Part shown: positions 28,910 through 43,570 of the stretch, piece by piece
How the letters are laid out: each line of letters opens with the position of its first letter
Position numbering within the stretch: the first letter of the stretch is position 1
Source: Eledone cirrhosa
Taxonomy: Eukaryota
Direction: 5' to 3'
Assembly (NCBI GenBank): GCA_964016885.1
Contig: OZ024741.1
Location: forward strand, 203,546,001 to 203,610,000
Length of the DNA stretch: 64,000 nucleotides
The notes under the pieces: generated by a model
Told to the model about the DNA's origin: nothing
The model's input: the letters and a program-made list of their open reading frames with translations, nothing else
Databases searched by the model: none
Program-made: the position numbers and the translations under genes

Positions 28910-29640
28910 TTAATTAGAAAGTGAACAACACAAAACATTACTATTCCATTACCAAAGGTTTCAGGATCACAGACGATAATAATATATACGTCTGGATTGT
29001 TCGTCAAACAGAGATATTGTAGATAAAAGATATGAAATGACATTTAAAATTTGTTAAAAATTGGAAGTGAGGATGGAAAAATAACGGGATAAAAATTAAA
29101 AAATAAAAACATATAGCAATATAGAAAAAGTCATATGTGTACATACATATACACACACACATACACACATTCAGATAAAAGGAATACATATATATATATA
29201 TATGTATACATACATGCACACACACACACATATATATATATATACACACACACAAACATACATGTACACGGACATACACATATACGTACGAATATATATG
29301 GATACACACACACACACACACACACACATATAAAAACATATACAGGCATATACACATACATGCTTATATACATATATATGTATATATGGCACAGACATAG
29401 TAGTCTGCGAAAACATACATATCGAACACACACATATTTATATATATATGAAATGCTACAGAGACATTACACATATAGAGTTAAACATGAATACAATTAC
29501 ATAAGCAAAACTACAAATAGATATATGTTTCCAGTGGAAGTGTAAGCAGCTCTTGGAGCTTGCGAAATTACAAATGAACACACGCAGATAACCACACACA
29601 TAAATACATATATACAACCACACGCAACCACATATATATG

Positions 29641-29708
<68 letters not shown>

Positions 29709-29798
29709 GATATTAACAAATGGAAACTATATTTATAAAACCATATTTATTTCATTATACATATTTCAAGGACACCAAGTTAAACTATGGTGTGCTTT

Positions 29799-29871
<73 letters not shown>

Positions 29872-29873
<2 letters not shown>

Positions 29874-30198
29874 AAGGCGGGTAAAATTCCCGAGATCCAT
29901 GGACGAGTTCTCTCCAGCGGTCTCTGTCCCTCATTATCGCTGCCATATCCTGCATCTCCAACAGACCAGTGTCTGTCCTTAGGGCATCAACATATGTTAA
30001 CCTTGGTCTTCCTCTTCTAGTGTGTCCATGTAGGGGCTCCCAAAGGAGCACTGAGTGCAATGTCAACTCTGGATGTCGGTGAGCATGTCCAGCCAACCTC
30101 AGTCTCCTCTGTGTCACTTTTGAGCTGACTTTTGGGATGCTCCCATACAGCTCTGAGTTTTTCATCCTCAGTGTATACTGATTAATGTTCAGAGCCAT
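29872..30198 (-). mobile_element. 3' end of an RTE-clade LINE
   Basis: RRLRLAGHAHRH...LLWEP..G.TRRGRP..TYVD.L..D....DRDRWR is a typical RTE C-terminus. The stop is followed immediately by (TA)n. Confidence 0.8.
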
Positions 30199-30393
30199 GA
30201 TATGACTGCCAATACTGGAATTGAATAATCAAGACCGTAGCGGTATGTCATATATAAAATCATATATTTTGTCTGCTGAGGACGTACTGAAAAAACAACA
30301 CAGTACCTTGGAAATATATATAATAAAGTATATATTTTGATTATGAGAATATTTTTCACTTGTTAATATTTTGAATAATATATATATATATAT

Positions 30394-30630
30394 ATACGAT
30401 ATTAACAAATGGAAACTATATTTATAAAACCATATTTATTTCATTATACATATTTCAAGGACACCAAGTTAAATTATGGTGTGCTTTCATCAGATAAAAT
30501 ATAATATAGAGCAGTTTTATAAATAAATATTGACATACCCTTACACCATAATTTAACTTGGTGTCCTTGAGGTATGTATAATGAAATAAATATGGTTTTA
30601 TAAATATAGTTTCCATTTGTTAATATCGTA
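30394..30630. repeat. Fold-back palindrome (~88-bp arms) built from an HHR-bearing repeat
   Basis: 30394-30482 is the reverse complement of 30543-30630. Same family at ~9290-9400 and 29705-29795. Confidence 0.88.
30439..30499 (-). ncRNA. Type-I hammerhead ribozyme motif
   Basis: Reverse complement reads UUUUAU-CUGAUGA-AAG.ACACCA..UGGUGU.CUU-GAAA-UAUGUA-UA-AUGAAA. Confidence 0.68.
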
Positions 30631-30820
30631 TTTTTACTCCAATTATTTGTTGAGTGCTTTATATCAGTTATAAAAATATTTGCTTGTTGTATCCCAACAA
30701 TTTAAATAGAACTTTTACATATATATATATATATATATACAAATACATATATACACACATACATACACATATACATATACATACATATATACTCGTATAT
30801 ACACACACACACATACACAT

Positions 30821-30859
<39 letters not shown>

Positions 30860-31424
30860 CATATACATACAGATGCACACATGCACACACATATATATAT
30901 AGACAAAATATATATAAAAATAAAAATAAATGTGTTAGATGATTCCGAAGAGAAAGCAAAGGAAAAAACGAGTGCTTTATGTATAGAACAGAGCATTAAA
31001 AATATATAAATATATATAAGTATATAAATATATTTTGTTGTTGAAAGAATGTGATAAAGGCAAAGGAAAAATGAGTGCTCTATGTATAGAAGGTAGCTGT
31101 AAAAAATATTTTGTTGTTGAAAGTATGAGATAAAGGCCCAAGGTGGTAAAATAAGAGAAAATGTTCAGGAAAAGATGAAGTAAAAAAGTGAATAATATGT
31201 AAAATAAGTGTGAAATAAAGTAAAATAAAATAAGTGTTGAATATATAAAGTAAGAGAGATTGTTCAAGGTAAAAGTAGAGGGAAAAGAAGAAATGAATAA
31301 AATAGGTGTAAGGGCCTAATATAAGCGTTGAATGTGTGTTAAAGATCCATAGTGTTTAAAGTAAGAAAGAGTTTTTCAAGGTGTAATATATGATAAGTGT
31401 TGAATGTGGAAAAGGAGCGAGTGT

Positions 31425-31762
31425 TCAAGGTGGGTAAGTGTCCAAAATGGTGTTTTGATACCGAGAAAGGAGTTGAGTTCTTATATGTGGGCAAATTTTA
31501 AATATCTCAGAATTAGAGTTAAGACAAGAGTTGGGACATTTCAGATTTTGTAGAATTCTATATTTTTCTGCTACGCACAAGGTACACCTTCTTGTGCCTT
31601 TAACATATTCTTTCGATTGGTCTAAGATAGACCAATCAATTTCATATGGGATCCCACGCTCTTTCATCTCCCACACTCTATTTGCCAGCGCCGTAGTTTT
31701 CTTTTTATCCTGGTGTCGAAAGGAAGCGACGTGTGCATAGTATCTTTTTTTAAAGGTATCCT
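31425..31762 (-). mobile_element. PLE endonuclease C-terminal fragment (Naiad-like)
   Basis: [15 protein letters not shown]...[14 protein letters not shown]...WSIL...[13 protein letters not shown]...[13 protein letters not shown], the Cys/His-rich tail of PLE GIY-YIG domains. Confidence 0.7.
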
Positions 31763-31780
31763 GGTATACATATATATATA

Positions 31781-31841
<61 letters not shown>

Positions 31842-31897
31842 ATGTATATTATATATATTATGTATAATATATATATGTATATATCTATATCTATATA

Positions 31898-31977
<80 letters not shown>

Positions 31978-32047
31978 GTATATTGTATATATTATGTATA
32001 TATATATATATATATTATGTATAATATATATATATATATTATATATG

Positions 32048-32083
<36 letters not shown>

Positions 32084-32247
32084 ATGTATGTATATATATT
32101 TATATATATATGTTATATAAGTATGTGTATATATATATACATATATATACACACACACAAACACACAAACACGCACACGTACATATATGTGCATCATGCG
32201 TCGAGTTCTACTCTGATTCGTGTTCTTCCCTATCTTCACACACACAT

Positions 32248-32356
<109 letters not shown>

Positions 32357-32495
32357 CACACAGAAACACAGAAACACAGAAACGCAGATATGTGTATGAT
32401 ATAACATATATATAAAGTATTATAAATATATTACGTACGTGAGAATGAGTGCTCAATATCGACATAAAGTTTAAATATTATTTACTATGCTTAAG

Positions 32496-33081
32496 GGCGG
32501 TGAATTGGCAGTATCGGTGGAGGGTCGGACGCCATGCTTTCCAGCATAGTTACGTCCCTTTACGATCTGAGTTCAAATTCCGCCGAGGTTGACTTTGCCT
32601 TTCATCCTTACGGGGGTCGATAAAATAAAGTACCAGTAATGCACTGGTAATTGCTGGCCTTGTGCCTAACGTAGAAACAATTATTTACTATGCTTAAGCG
32701 CTGAGTTATATACATTAGAACAATTATTCCGGTTGAATAACCTCAATGACGAGACATCAAGTAAAAACACTAATAATAATTGTTTATACTTTTGGCACAA
32801 GGCCAGCAATTACCCAGTGTATTACTGGTGCTTTATTTTATCAACCCCGTAAGGATGTAAAGCAAAGTTAACCTTGGTGGGATTTGAACTCAGACCGTAA
32901 AGGAACGTAACTCTATGCTGCAAAGCATGGTGTCCGACTCTCTACTGATACTGCCAATGCACCGTCGTAACTAATAATAATTGTTTCTACTTTTGGCACA
33001 AGGCCAGCAATTATCCCAGTGCATTACTGGTACTTTATTTAACGACCCCGTAAGGATGAAAGGCAAAGTTGACCTCGGCGG
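32496..33081. mobile_element. Cluster of three SINE A copies: 32496-32683(+), 32776-32965(-), 32977-33081(-, partial)
   Basis: Family A matches; the first copy has TSD TATTTACTATGCTTAAG. Confidence 0.88.
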
Positions 33082-33174
33082 AGGAATTCACTAACTTATC
33101 AATATTGAACGTGATATTGTTCGTTCAATATTGACAAAACGATGTATATCAAGTTCGATTTTGCTAAGTCAGTG

Positions 33175-33660
33175 ATTTCCACCACTTTGTAGGTTGTGTG
33201 GTGAGGACTGTGGGACAATAAACCACATTATTAGTAAATGTAAGATGCTTGCTCAGAAAGAGTACACGAGAAGGCATGACGACATTGCCATATTGGTTTA
33301 TTGTAAGCTCTGTCATAAGTATGACATGAGCAGAAGTGAGAAATGGTATAAACACCAACCGGTGGCTGAAAATGAAGAATATAAGATATTATGGGACATG
33401 ACCATCCAGTGCGACCATTTTATTGTGGCTACAAAGCCTGGCATTGTTGTCGCAGAAAAGAATAACAAGTCATGTAGTGTGGATATTGCTTCACTGTGGG
33501 TGAATGAAGGATTTGAGAAAATTGAGAAATATCGGGAGCTGAAAAGAGAAATCAGGAAACTGTGGAAATCAGTCACGTAGAAGTGGTACCAATTGTGGTT
33601 GATGCACTGGGAGCAGTTAGTAGAAGGCTGGATGTTCGAACAGCAGGAGGGTATTAAAAG
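33175..33660 (+). mobile_element. R4/Dong-type non-LTR 3' fragment (CCHC + restriction-like endonuclease)
   Basis: CRLCGEDCGTINHIISKCKML..EYTRRHD, LWDMTI.CDH...KPGIVV, KIEKYREL. Confidence 0.8.
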
Positions 33661-33779
33661 TACTCTTTTAGCACAATGTCGGTATAACATATACCAGAGC
33701 AAAAGCGTTCGAATGATGATGATGATGATGACCATTGGTGGTGAAGGATAAAACGCATAAAGAAACAACAACAAACCAC

Positions 33780-36700
33780 ACAATGTTTACAGTCAAAAAC
33801 AGATACCGGATCGGTCGTCGCCCGGGTCAACAAGAACCGTGTTCCTTAGGGAGGAATCAGCCTAGGGCGAAAGGTCTGCAGCTGAAACGAGCTCTTCTTC
33901 AAACACGGACTTGAATGGTCAGTTGAACGAGAATAATCGCAATCCAAGCCCTTTACGTGCAGCCCCACAAGAAAAACCAAACTACCAACGTATCAAATGG
34001 ACCCGAGTATAAAGAAGTGATATACGCATTCTATCACTCATTGGGGAAACCAACGGAATCGAAGCACATGTAAGAAGGGATATTCTTAGAAACAAGAGAC
34101 TAACAGATGCAGAGTTAAATGAAATTAAGAAGAATGTTGAAAAAGATTCTAGAATACCAATATCAGAAAGGGATAGAAATGAATATGTGACAGACAAGAC
34201 ATCACAAAACGTACTGATTTTATTGACACTAGATGAGATTTCACGGAATATTGAGGGTATCAGAAATACAACAGAGCAGGTTAAAGCTGAAAGGCTGGTT
34301 GACAACATGGAAGAGGGTACTTCTAATCATGAACATAAAGATCAGATAGAACAAACAAAAGAAGAAATTCTCAATGAACTTGGAAAATAAAAGAAAAAAA
34401 CATTAGTATGGGTGAAAGATGGTCCCTGCAAAAATTGACAAGCAACAATCAGAACAAAAGACACATAAGAACTGGAAATCAGGTTGTTAAAGTAATAATA
34501 GAAGAGATGGTGCCTGATATATCAAAATTGAATGAGGTTATTTATGTAGCAGCAACGTTAATAGAAAGAAAATGTGGATTAAGGAAAGAGCAAAAATGAC
34601 ACAACACTCACAAAAAAAACCACCCCGGAGGTTAGAAATTGAGAAAGAAATTAAAATGAGGGGAGGAATATCGATCCTGGATTAAATCTATGCTGGGAAA
34701 TCTGTCAAGTTAAGAAAAGGGAGGAAAGTGATTAAGAAATACAATTTAACTTCAAACCCTGATATTCCCTCAATCAAAGAAACCCTGAAACCGAAAGTAC
34801 AGCTGAAAGCTCAAAGTATAAGATTTGAAAAACTAAATAGGTTTTACAGGCAAAATAAGCCATTTATGTCTGATACGAAAATGTTTTATAGGGAAATTGG
34901 GACACTGACAATTCAAGTAAAGGAAATTCTTCTAATTCATAAAATTGAAGAATTCTGGAAAACAGTATTCAGTATAGAAAAATCCCCCAATACAAAAGCA
35001 GAATGGACAAAGAACATGGAAGAAACATACGACATTTTAGAAAGATAAACATGGTAAGATATAACTATGGATGAACTGGATTTGACAAAAAGGGAAGTCC
35101 CGTGCCAAACTTCTGGTTATCTTCATTAACTGTTACTCATGATATTTTTGTAAATTATGCACAAACCTGAAAAACTCCTGATTGGTTTGCACAAGCTATA
35201 ACATATGTCTTGCCAAAATCGACAGAAACAAATATTCCAAAAAATTATCTCTTGCCTTCCGACATCATACAAAATTCTCACCTCAACCTTGACTGAGACA
35301 ACCTACAAATTTATGTATGAAAATCATCTATTCCCTATTGAGCAGAAAGGTTGTCGCCATGGATCTTACGGATACAAACATCAACTTCTCATTAACCGCA
35401 TGATTCTGGAAAACTGTCATAAAAAGTATAGAAATTTGTGTACTGCTTGGATTGACTATAAGAAAGCATTTGACAGTGTTCTCTACATAAGGATTTCAAA
35501 AATGTTGGCTGTTCTGAAGATTTCCCCAGTAATATTAAACTTCCAGAAATATAACATGTCTATATGGAATACAAATCTATCATTGCCACAGTGTTGGAAT
35601 TATAACTTCCAGCAACATAAGTATTAACTGTAGTATTTTCAAGATGATTATTTTCCTCCTCTGATATTTTGCATTGCACTCCCACAGCTGTCTTTAGCGC
35701 TCAACAAAACAAAATATGACTATAAAATAGACAGCAAAACCATAAGTCACCTCTTTTATATGGTTAATGGCAATGAACTAGAGGACTGCTGAAGACAGTC
35801 AAGATGTTTAGTGATGATGTGGGGATGGAGTTCGGACTGGAAAAATGTGCCAAAGCAACATTCAAGAAAGTTAGAATGACAAGCACAAACTCAATGGAAA
35901 TAGATGTGAATACAGTAATTAGGGAACTAGAACAAGTACAAGCCCACAGATATCCAGGGATAAATGAAGGTCAAAGTATTCACCACGCCAACATGAAAGA
36001 GAATCAGGAAGGAATGCTACTGGAGAGTGCATACTGTTTTGAACATGGAGCTTAACTCGAGAAATAAATAAATTATCTGCCATAAATGCACTTTCAATCC
36101 CAGTTGTAACCTACAGTTTCAATATTATAAATCGGAACGATAACGAAATTAAGAGAATGGACACCAAAATCAGGAAAATTTTGACCTGTAATAGAACACA
36201 TCACTCAAAGGTAGATGTGGATTGCCTCTATCTCCCTAGACAAAATGGAGGTAGAGGAATGATCCAGCCAGAGCTTTCGTACAGGATACCGACTATTGGA
36301 CTCAGTACCTTAAAAACACAGATGACTGAATGATGAAAATGGTCGCAGTTCACGCAGAAAGGAAGAGGTTACATTCATTCACAAAGGAAAGTAGAAAGTT
36401 TGCGGAAGAACTGGGAATACAGTTTGAAAATAATAATGACGATTCTGCAATTAAAGCCGCAAAGAAAGTGTTGGCAAAACATGAAGGCCAACACTAAATG
36501 GGATCAATAACCACTGCATGGGCAGTATGTTCTTCGTAGCAAAGAACCTGATATAGTTCAAGAACTCACCCATTAGTGGCTGCAGAGTTCTGGGCTAAAG
36601 ACAGAGAGTGAGGGCTTCATTTTGGCTGCACAAGACCAGTGTCTCCCTATGCGCAACTTTCAAGCCAATGTGGTCAGAATTGACCAAAAGTGTTGATTCT

Positions 36701-37260
36701 GTGATAACCACGTTGAGACCATTGGTCATCTGGTTTCAGACTGCAAAGTATTAGCTCCCTAGGAATATAAAACGGGGTATGATAGAGTGGGGCAATACTT
36801 GCACAGGGTTTTATGGTCTGAAAACGGAGGGAAAATGGTACAACCACCACCTAGATGGAATAACAGGAAGCGAGAATGTAAACAATCCCCTGTGAATATT
36901 GACAGAACAATGAAGGCCAATAAACCTGATATAATTGTGAAGGACTATGAAGAGAAAACCTGTTTCTTAATTGGCATGAGCATTCCATTAGATCGTACCA
37001 TCTCCCTAAAATAGTTCGCAATGGTCAATGAGTATAAACTATCAATTGAAATTGAGAAAATGTGGCATCTTAAGACCTGTTCATTACCAGTGATAGTCGG
37101 CGCACTTGGAATGATAAAACAGGGTACTGAAAAATATTTGGGCCGGATACTTGGAAAGCCATCTCTACAGGACATACAGAAAATAGTGATTACTTGCGTG
37201 GTCCATGTCATGAGAAGGGCATTACCAATTTAAATAATTAGCAAAGACTTTTACTGATGT
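33780..37260 (+). mobile_element. Near-full-length degenerate R4/Dong-clade LINE
   Basis: Broken ORFs give EQKGC, AWIDYKKAFDSV, GMEFGLEKCA, GGRG, AAQDQ.L, CRFC..HVETIGHLVS.C, NKPDIIV and VIVGALG. Confidence 0.85.
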
Positions 37261-37608
37261 TTATGCCCGTATGACATCATGTATGACAATTGGTTGTAAA
37301 ATGTGTGTATTATAAAATGTTGCCACAGGTGTCAGGTTGGCACTCAGCATGGTTAGGGAAAGAAGTAGAATTCAAAGAAAATTCCAAATAAAAAATAATA
37401 TCAATAATAAATCCTGAATATCCAGAATAGGTTGAAATTAAATATTCTGTGCTTAAACATTCAATCTGTTCCCCCATATATAGTATAATATATAATTCTG
37501 CATATGTGTTTGTGTGTGAGTGTCTATGTATAAAAATATAAAGGAAAAAAATATATTTTCTTCCTAATAATCGTCTTTTTCTCCCTGTTTTCATATATAT
37601 ATATATAT

Positions 37609-38048
37609 ATAGGGTGTCCCCCCAAAATGTATACACACTTTAATAGCAAAAAGATGCATTAAATTAAATTCTGTTTTATATGCATTATTTAAATTATGTA
37701 AACATTTTTGAGTGTTTACATGCAATTAAATTATGCCTGCAGATCATTTTATTTTTGAGAAAGGCTGTTCTAATAAATATTGCTTGTACAGATAATCAAA
37801 GTGTGTATACATTTTTGGGACGCCTTGTATATATTCACAAAAATGTATACACACTTTGATTACCTGTACAAGCAATATTTATTAGAATGCACAGTCTTCC
37901 CCAAAATAAAATGATCTGCAGGCATAATCTAATTGTATTTAAACACTCAAAAATGTTTACATCATTTAAATAATGCATATAAAACAGAATTTAATTTAAT
38001 GCATCTTGCTGTTTAAGTGTGTATACATTTTTTGGGGGACACCCTGTA
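37609..38048. mobile_element. Head-to-head dimer of a Tc1/mariner-type MITE
   Basis: TIR (C)AGGGTGTCCC..AAAATGTATACACACTT with TA flanks. Two ~215-bp units in inverted orientation; a related TIR lies at ~48355-48394. Confidence 0.8.
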
Positions 38049-38073
38049 TATATATATACACATATAAGTATAG

Positions 38074-38140
<67 letters not shown>

Positions 38141-38620
38141 GTGGGTAATAATAAATATTACCCAGTTACAAATATGAAAATAGCTTGATGTAAAATAACA
38201 AGTATAATACAGAGCCGAAATTGACTGTTATTTACATTATATATATCTCTATATATGTAAAAAAAAAACACTCACACACACATTCAATGGCTATTGGTCA
38301 ATAGCTAGGGGCCTTGTATACCCTGTATGCCTTGTGTGTATACTCCTTGTGTTGATAATTTGAGGTTGTTTATTTTAGATTAAATGTCACCGGTGCTTTG
38401 AGAAAGCAACACCGATTATCAACCCGGGACATATTAATGAACTGAGACAGTAGGAGTATTTTATTTCTTTTTCGAGTGTTTTTCTGTTCAACTAATAGCT
38501 GTTGGATAATTTCATAACTGTTGCATAACAGTTATAGAAATATATATAACAGCGGTTGTATAAGGAATAAATGAAGTAAATTTTAACCTGTTGACTTGTA
38601 CTTTATTATTATAATTATAC

Positions 38621-38816
38621 AGGGCGGTGGATTGGCAGTATCGGTAGAGAGTCGGACGCCATGCTTTGTAGCAGAGATATACGGCCCTTTATGGTCTGAG
38701 TTCAAATATCGCCTAGGTTAACTTTGCCTTTCATCCTTACGGGGTCGATAAAATATAAAGTACCAGTAATGCACTGGGTATTTGCTGGCCTTGTGCCAAA
38801 AGTAGAAACAATTATT
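38621..38816 (+). mobile_element. SINE family A with TSD ATTATTATAATTATAC
   Basis: Full-length copy with duplicated flanks. Confidence 0.88.
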
Positions 38817-40115
38817 ATAATTATACTCCGGAGTACGCAGACCTACTTCTATACTTCGTTGAATGGTGTACTCTGTATACAAAAGTGTCGGTTGTTTAAC
38901 ACACACACACACACGCATATAAATATATATATATATATATATATAGTATTTGTAAATCGAACTTTAGCTGCAGTTCAGCATGTACAATTCGATTTGTTTT
39001 GAGGCAATCACAGAGCACTCAATGGATCGAAAATTAAAAACAAACATTAAATCCAGAGTTAAACACCGTGGTTATAAAATGTGCCACCAAGATAACCGAC
39101 CGAAGGCACAAACTATACACACAACAAAATAACGAAATATACAAAAAAGTTTTATATATGTATATATATAAGCTTTAACCATATAATTCGCCCCTCTCAA
39201 AGCTTTGTCTAAATGTGAGACAAATTCTACTAGATGCTTTAACAAAACCTGATAACTGAAAATAATGCAAATTGAGCAAAAAGCATGATGGCAATTTCAA
39301 TTTACTTTGTAACGAAAGTATATTTCATTTAATTCTCTTGATAGTTACATCTTATCGCAGCTATTTAGAGTTTCTTTCTTGTCAGCAATGAACATAATAG
39401 AAGCCATTCCTTAAATTATTATCAAAAGGAGCAGAACAAGAAGGAAATATAAATACTAAATCAAATGAATTATTTGATGCTTGTTATTGCATTAAATCGT
39501 AGCACTTCTTTACTTTTTATCCCATTTCCTGTCTTCCGTACATATTTCTTAAAACTGTTATCTACAAATGTGGTTTTACGGCGGTTTAACCGCAGGCAAT
39601 GCTAACATCAATTAAATCAAAAATAAAATAAAAATGACACGTTTAGCAGACATTTTGTTCAACGGTGCACACTCAATTCACTTCCGTTGCTACCATCACT
39701 TTACAGCTTTATACTTTCTCTTCCTATATACAAAGCAATAATAATGTCTTTGATTTTCCTTTCTGCGGTATTGTTTTCTGGTTATAGTCAAACTACTTAC
39801 ATCATTCTTGTGCACAGTGATGCAGACTAATTATTGCTTTACTTCCGTCCACATATGCACGTGCGTTTAACTTCAGAAGCCATGCTCTAAAATAAGAATC
39901 ATTTACATGTATATTTGTGGTTAACCACAAACAAAACTAAGAATCTCTCGGCTTGTCCATCAACCAGATCTTTTAAACAGGTGATATATAACCCACTAGG
40001 TTATTTCCTATGGCTCTATTACGTTCAGAAACACGCTCTTGCAGCTTTTATAGAGCAACCATAAACACACTCACACCTCTACACCTTCCCTCACAGCTCT
40101 GTACGGACCAACAAC

Positions 40116-40227
<112 letters not shown>

Positions 40228-40434
40228 ACACACATAAACTTATATCCATACATATATCCTCACAGCTTCGCACTTACAAGAAAACACACACGCACTCTTA
40301 AAATTATATATACACAGACATGTCCTCTTAACTTCGTACGGACAAATAACAAACACACTGACACGGTTGCGCACAGATACACGCTCCATATACAAAACGA
40401 TTTTTCCTTTTCAGCTAGACGTATTTGATCACCG

Positions 40435-40715
40435 CCTTTTAAAACAAGATCAACTTATACAGCAACGACGAAATTCAGTTTTCCAAGAGATGGTGACACG
40501 AATAAACCTGTTTTCGCTCTAATTTTCTTTTTCTTTTCTGCCACTGCCTACTCTCCTCCATCTTTCTATTTCTTATTTAATTTCTCATTCTATATTCTGA
40601 TGAAGGACTAGCGTCCGAAACGCTAAAACGCTTTCCCTACTATATCCAGTGCAAAACTAATAATATATTTCTTCGTCGTAATGTGACGTTTCCTCTGTTA
40701 TTTCTGTTTGCTTTT
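40435..40715 (+). mobile_element. Solo PLE pseudo-LTR with damaged HHR (40593-40628)
   Basis: Homologous to 61975-62290 and 46095-46325. CUGAUGA-A-GGAC uagc GUCC-GAAA-CG-CU: cleavage-site U changed to C, stem I poor. Confidence 0.7.
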
Positions 40716-41020
40716 TGCATCCATGCATGCATACATACATACAGACAGACACACGCACACGCATATATATGTATATAAATATATATATATATATATATAT
40801 CGACAGTCGATCGACCCTTAGTCAAATCGGACCGAGGAAACAATGTTTCCGTTGGTCTTTCCAGTTGCTAATACTATCTATCGGTCGCAACTCCAGGTAG
40901 AAGGAGCAACGTGAAATAAAGTGTCTTGCTCAAGGACATAACGCATCGCCCGGTCCAGGAATCGAACTCACAACCTCACGATTGTGAACCCAATTCTCTA
41001 ACCACTCAGCCACGCGCCTT

Positions 41021-41067
<47 letters not shown>

Positions 41068-41145
41068 GCATTCATACATACATACATGCATACATACATA
41101 CATACATACATGCATGCATTCATACAAACATACATGCATACATAC

Positions 41146-43570
41146 AAAAAAAAAACTCACTCATCACCCAACAAATTCTTAAGGGAGATACACTTATACC
41201 AGAATGGTTGACATTAACACAAACGTTACTGGTCCCCAAGAACAAAGATACCCACTTGGCAAAAAACTACCGACCCATTGCATGCCAGAACCTAATGTAT
41301 AAGATGTATACAGCCTGCCTCAACCTATTCCTCCAAGATCACTGTGAAAATAATAACATCATCACAGATGAACAAGCAGCTGGAAAGAAAAGGGTTTGGG
41401 GATGTGCTGAACAACTCCTAATCAACAAAACTGCGATGTCGGAGGTGCCACAACTTAGGAGGAATATGACTACAGTCTGGCTGGACTACAAGAAAGCTTT
41501 CGATTCTGTTCCCCACTCTTGGATGATAGAGGCCCTCCAACTTGCTAAAGTCCCAGACATTATTGTGAGAGCCATAGAGAGGCTGTCTTCTTCTTGGGCT
41601 ACTATCCTAAGGTTAAAGACAGAGAGGGAGGACACTATTTTCACTGATAAAATAAAATATTGCAGGGGTATATTTCAGGGGGACAGTCTCTCTGTGATAT
41701 TGTTCATCTTGTCATTAAACCCCTTGTCCTTTCTGCTCAAGATATGTGAGGGATACATCATTGGCTCACAGGAGGACAGAAATACGAACCTAACCCATAA
41801 CTTCTTTGTGGACGATCTGAAACTCTATGCCAAGAACATGGATGGGATGAAGAAAAATCTTGACCTGGTTACAACGTTCTCAAAGTATATAGGAATGGAG
41901 TTTGGCCAAGATAAATGCTCATACATGACTGTAAAGCGGGGAAAAACAACAACCCTATCTAGCAATATTGTCATCAATGGTCTAACTGTTTCACCGATAT
42001 CTGATGAGGACTGCTACAGATACCTGGGGATATATGAGAACATATCCTATAATGGTATCTGTAATAAAGAACGCGTAACCAGGGAATACTACACCCGATT
42101 AAGAAAGATATGGTTATCGGAACTCTCTGCGCAAAACAAAACAGTGGCTCACAATGTGTTTGCTGGCACAATGTATCCTAACACCAACGTTTGGAATACT
42201 CAATTGGACAATAGACGAAATCGGAGCAGTTGATGTTGGAATTCGAAAAATACTGAACAACACCGGAAACTTCCACATCAACAGTGACATAAACCGCCTT
42301 TACTTGAAACGTAAGCAGGGAGGCAGAGGCCTAACATCAGTCCAGACAACATTTGAATGTCGCATCATATCTCTCCGACAACATCTACGAACCTCGAAGC
42401 GTAGGAGCCCGCTTCTCGAGCAAGTCTATCTGCATGAAACACATAAGATCATGAGAGTTGGGAAGGAACTCCTTGAGAGATATTCCCTGTGTGATAATCA
42501 AAAACTCACACCAAGGGATGTCGCTCAGCAGTATCGCAGTGAATCCATGGATGAAAAACTGCATGTCTATCAGCAAAAAATCATGCATGGATATGTTGCC
42601 AGGAAGCTCCAGAGTGAGAGTAATATAGATAAGGAAAGTAGTCTATCTTGGACCAACAACCGCTATATAGGCTCCCACTTTGAAGGATACGCTTTTGCAA
42701 TCCAAGAACAGGAGATTAGCACGAAATACCTGATTCACAAAAGAGATAGGGATGCAGGCAAAACACCTAGATGTGATAACAAATGCAGACTCTGCAGAAC
42801 TAACATCGAGGATATCACCCATGTCATCAGCAGCTGTCCAAAGATGTCATCGCGGTACTATCTACCTATGAGGCATGATGTAGTAGCCAAAACACTGTAC
42901 AATGCAGTTCTTAAAAAAGATAGCCCCGATAATAAACACATTAAAAGCTACAACAATGTGGAAGACATCCATGTACATAATATGAAAGAGTACTGGTGGA
43001 ATATTCCAGTAAAAACCCCAATAAAATGCAGGCATAACAGACCAGATATTATGATATGAGACAGGGAGAAGAAAACATGCACAGTAGTGGAAATTAGCTG
43101 CCCAGCAGATGCCAATATAATATCAAAGATTAGTGAAAAGGAGAATATTTATGCAGAACTGATGAGAAATCTGCAGATACTCCACCCTGATTACACCTTC
43201 AGATTTATGACTGTGATTATTGGGGCACTGGGATATGTTAGTAACTGCCTCAATACAAATCTTGAGAAGCTAGGCTTCACAGGAACAGAAAGAACACAAC
43301 TAGTTAGGAAACTACAAGTACAATCCATTAATGGAACAGTAAAAATATGTAAAACATTCCAAAAATGTTGCATCTAATAACTGTATATACACATGTACAG
43401 ATACAAAGCACATACACATCCACACATACAATAACATCCATATCTACACATGCATACATACATATCTACCTAGTTGATGTTGTGTAAATTCCAATGAGAG
43501 AGTCTTGTGTCTATGTTAGAAACTGACTCTCTCTATTGGTAAAACTTTGAGAAATTATAAACCAGAAGAA
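41146..43570 (+). mobile_element. 5'-truncated, relatively young R4/Dong-clade LINE inserted in (CATA)n
   Basis: RT (NYRPIAC, LDYKKAFDSV, GIFQGDSLS, FFVDDLKLY), CCHC (CRLC..NIEDITHVISSC), RHD, RPDIMI and EISCP endonuclease motifs, with one frameshift and one stop. (CATA)n lies on both sides. Confidence 0.92.

Noticed and set aside
40926-41145. N-terminal part of the 435-aa ORF
   Set aside because: Made of a SINE head and microsatellite fortuitously in frame with the truncated LINE RT.
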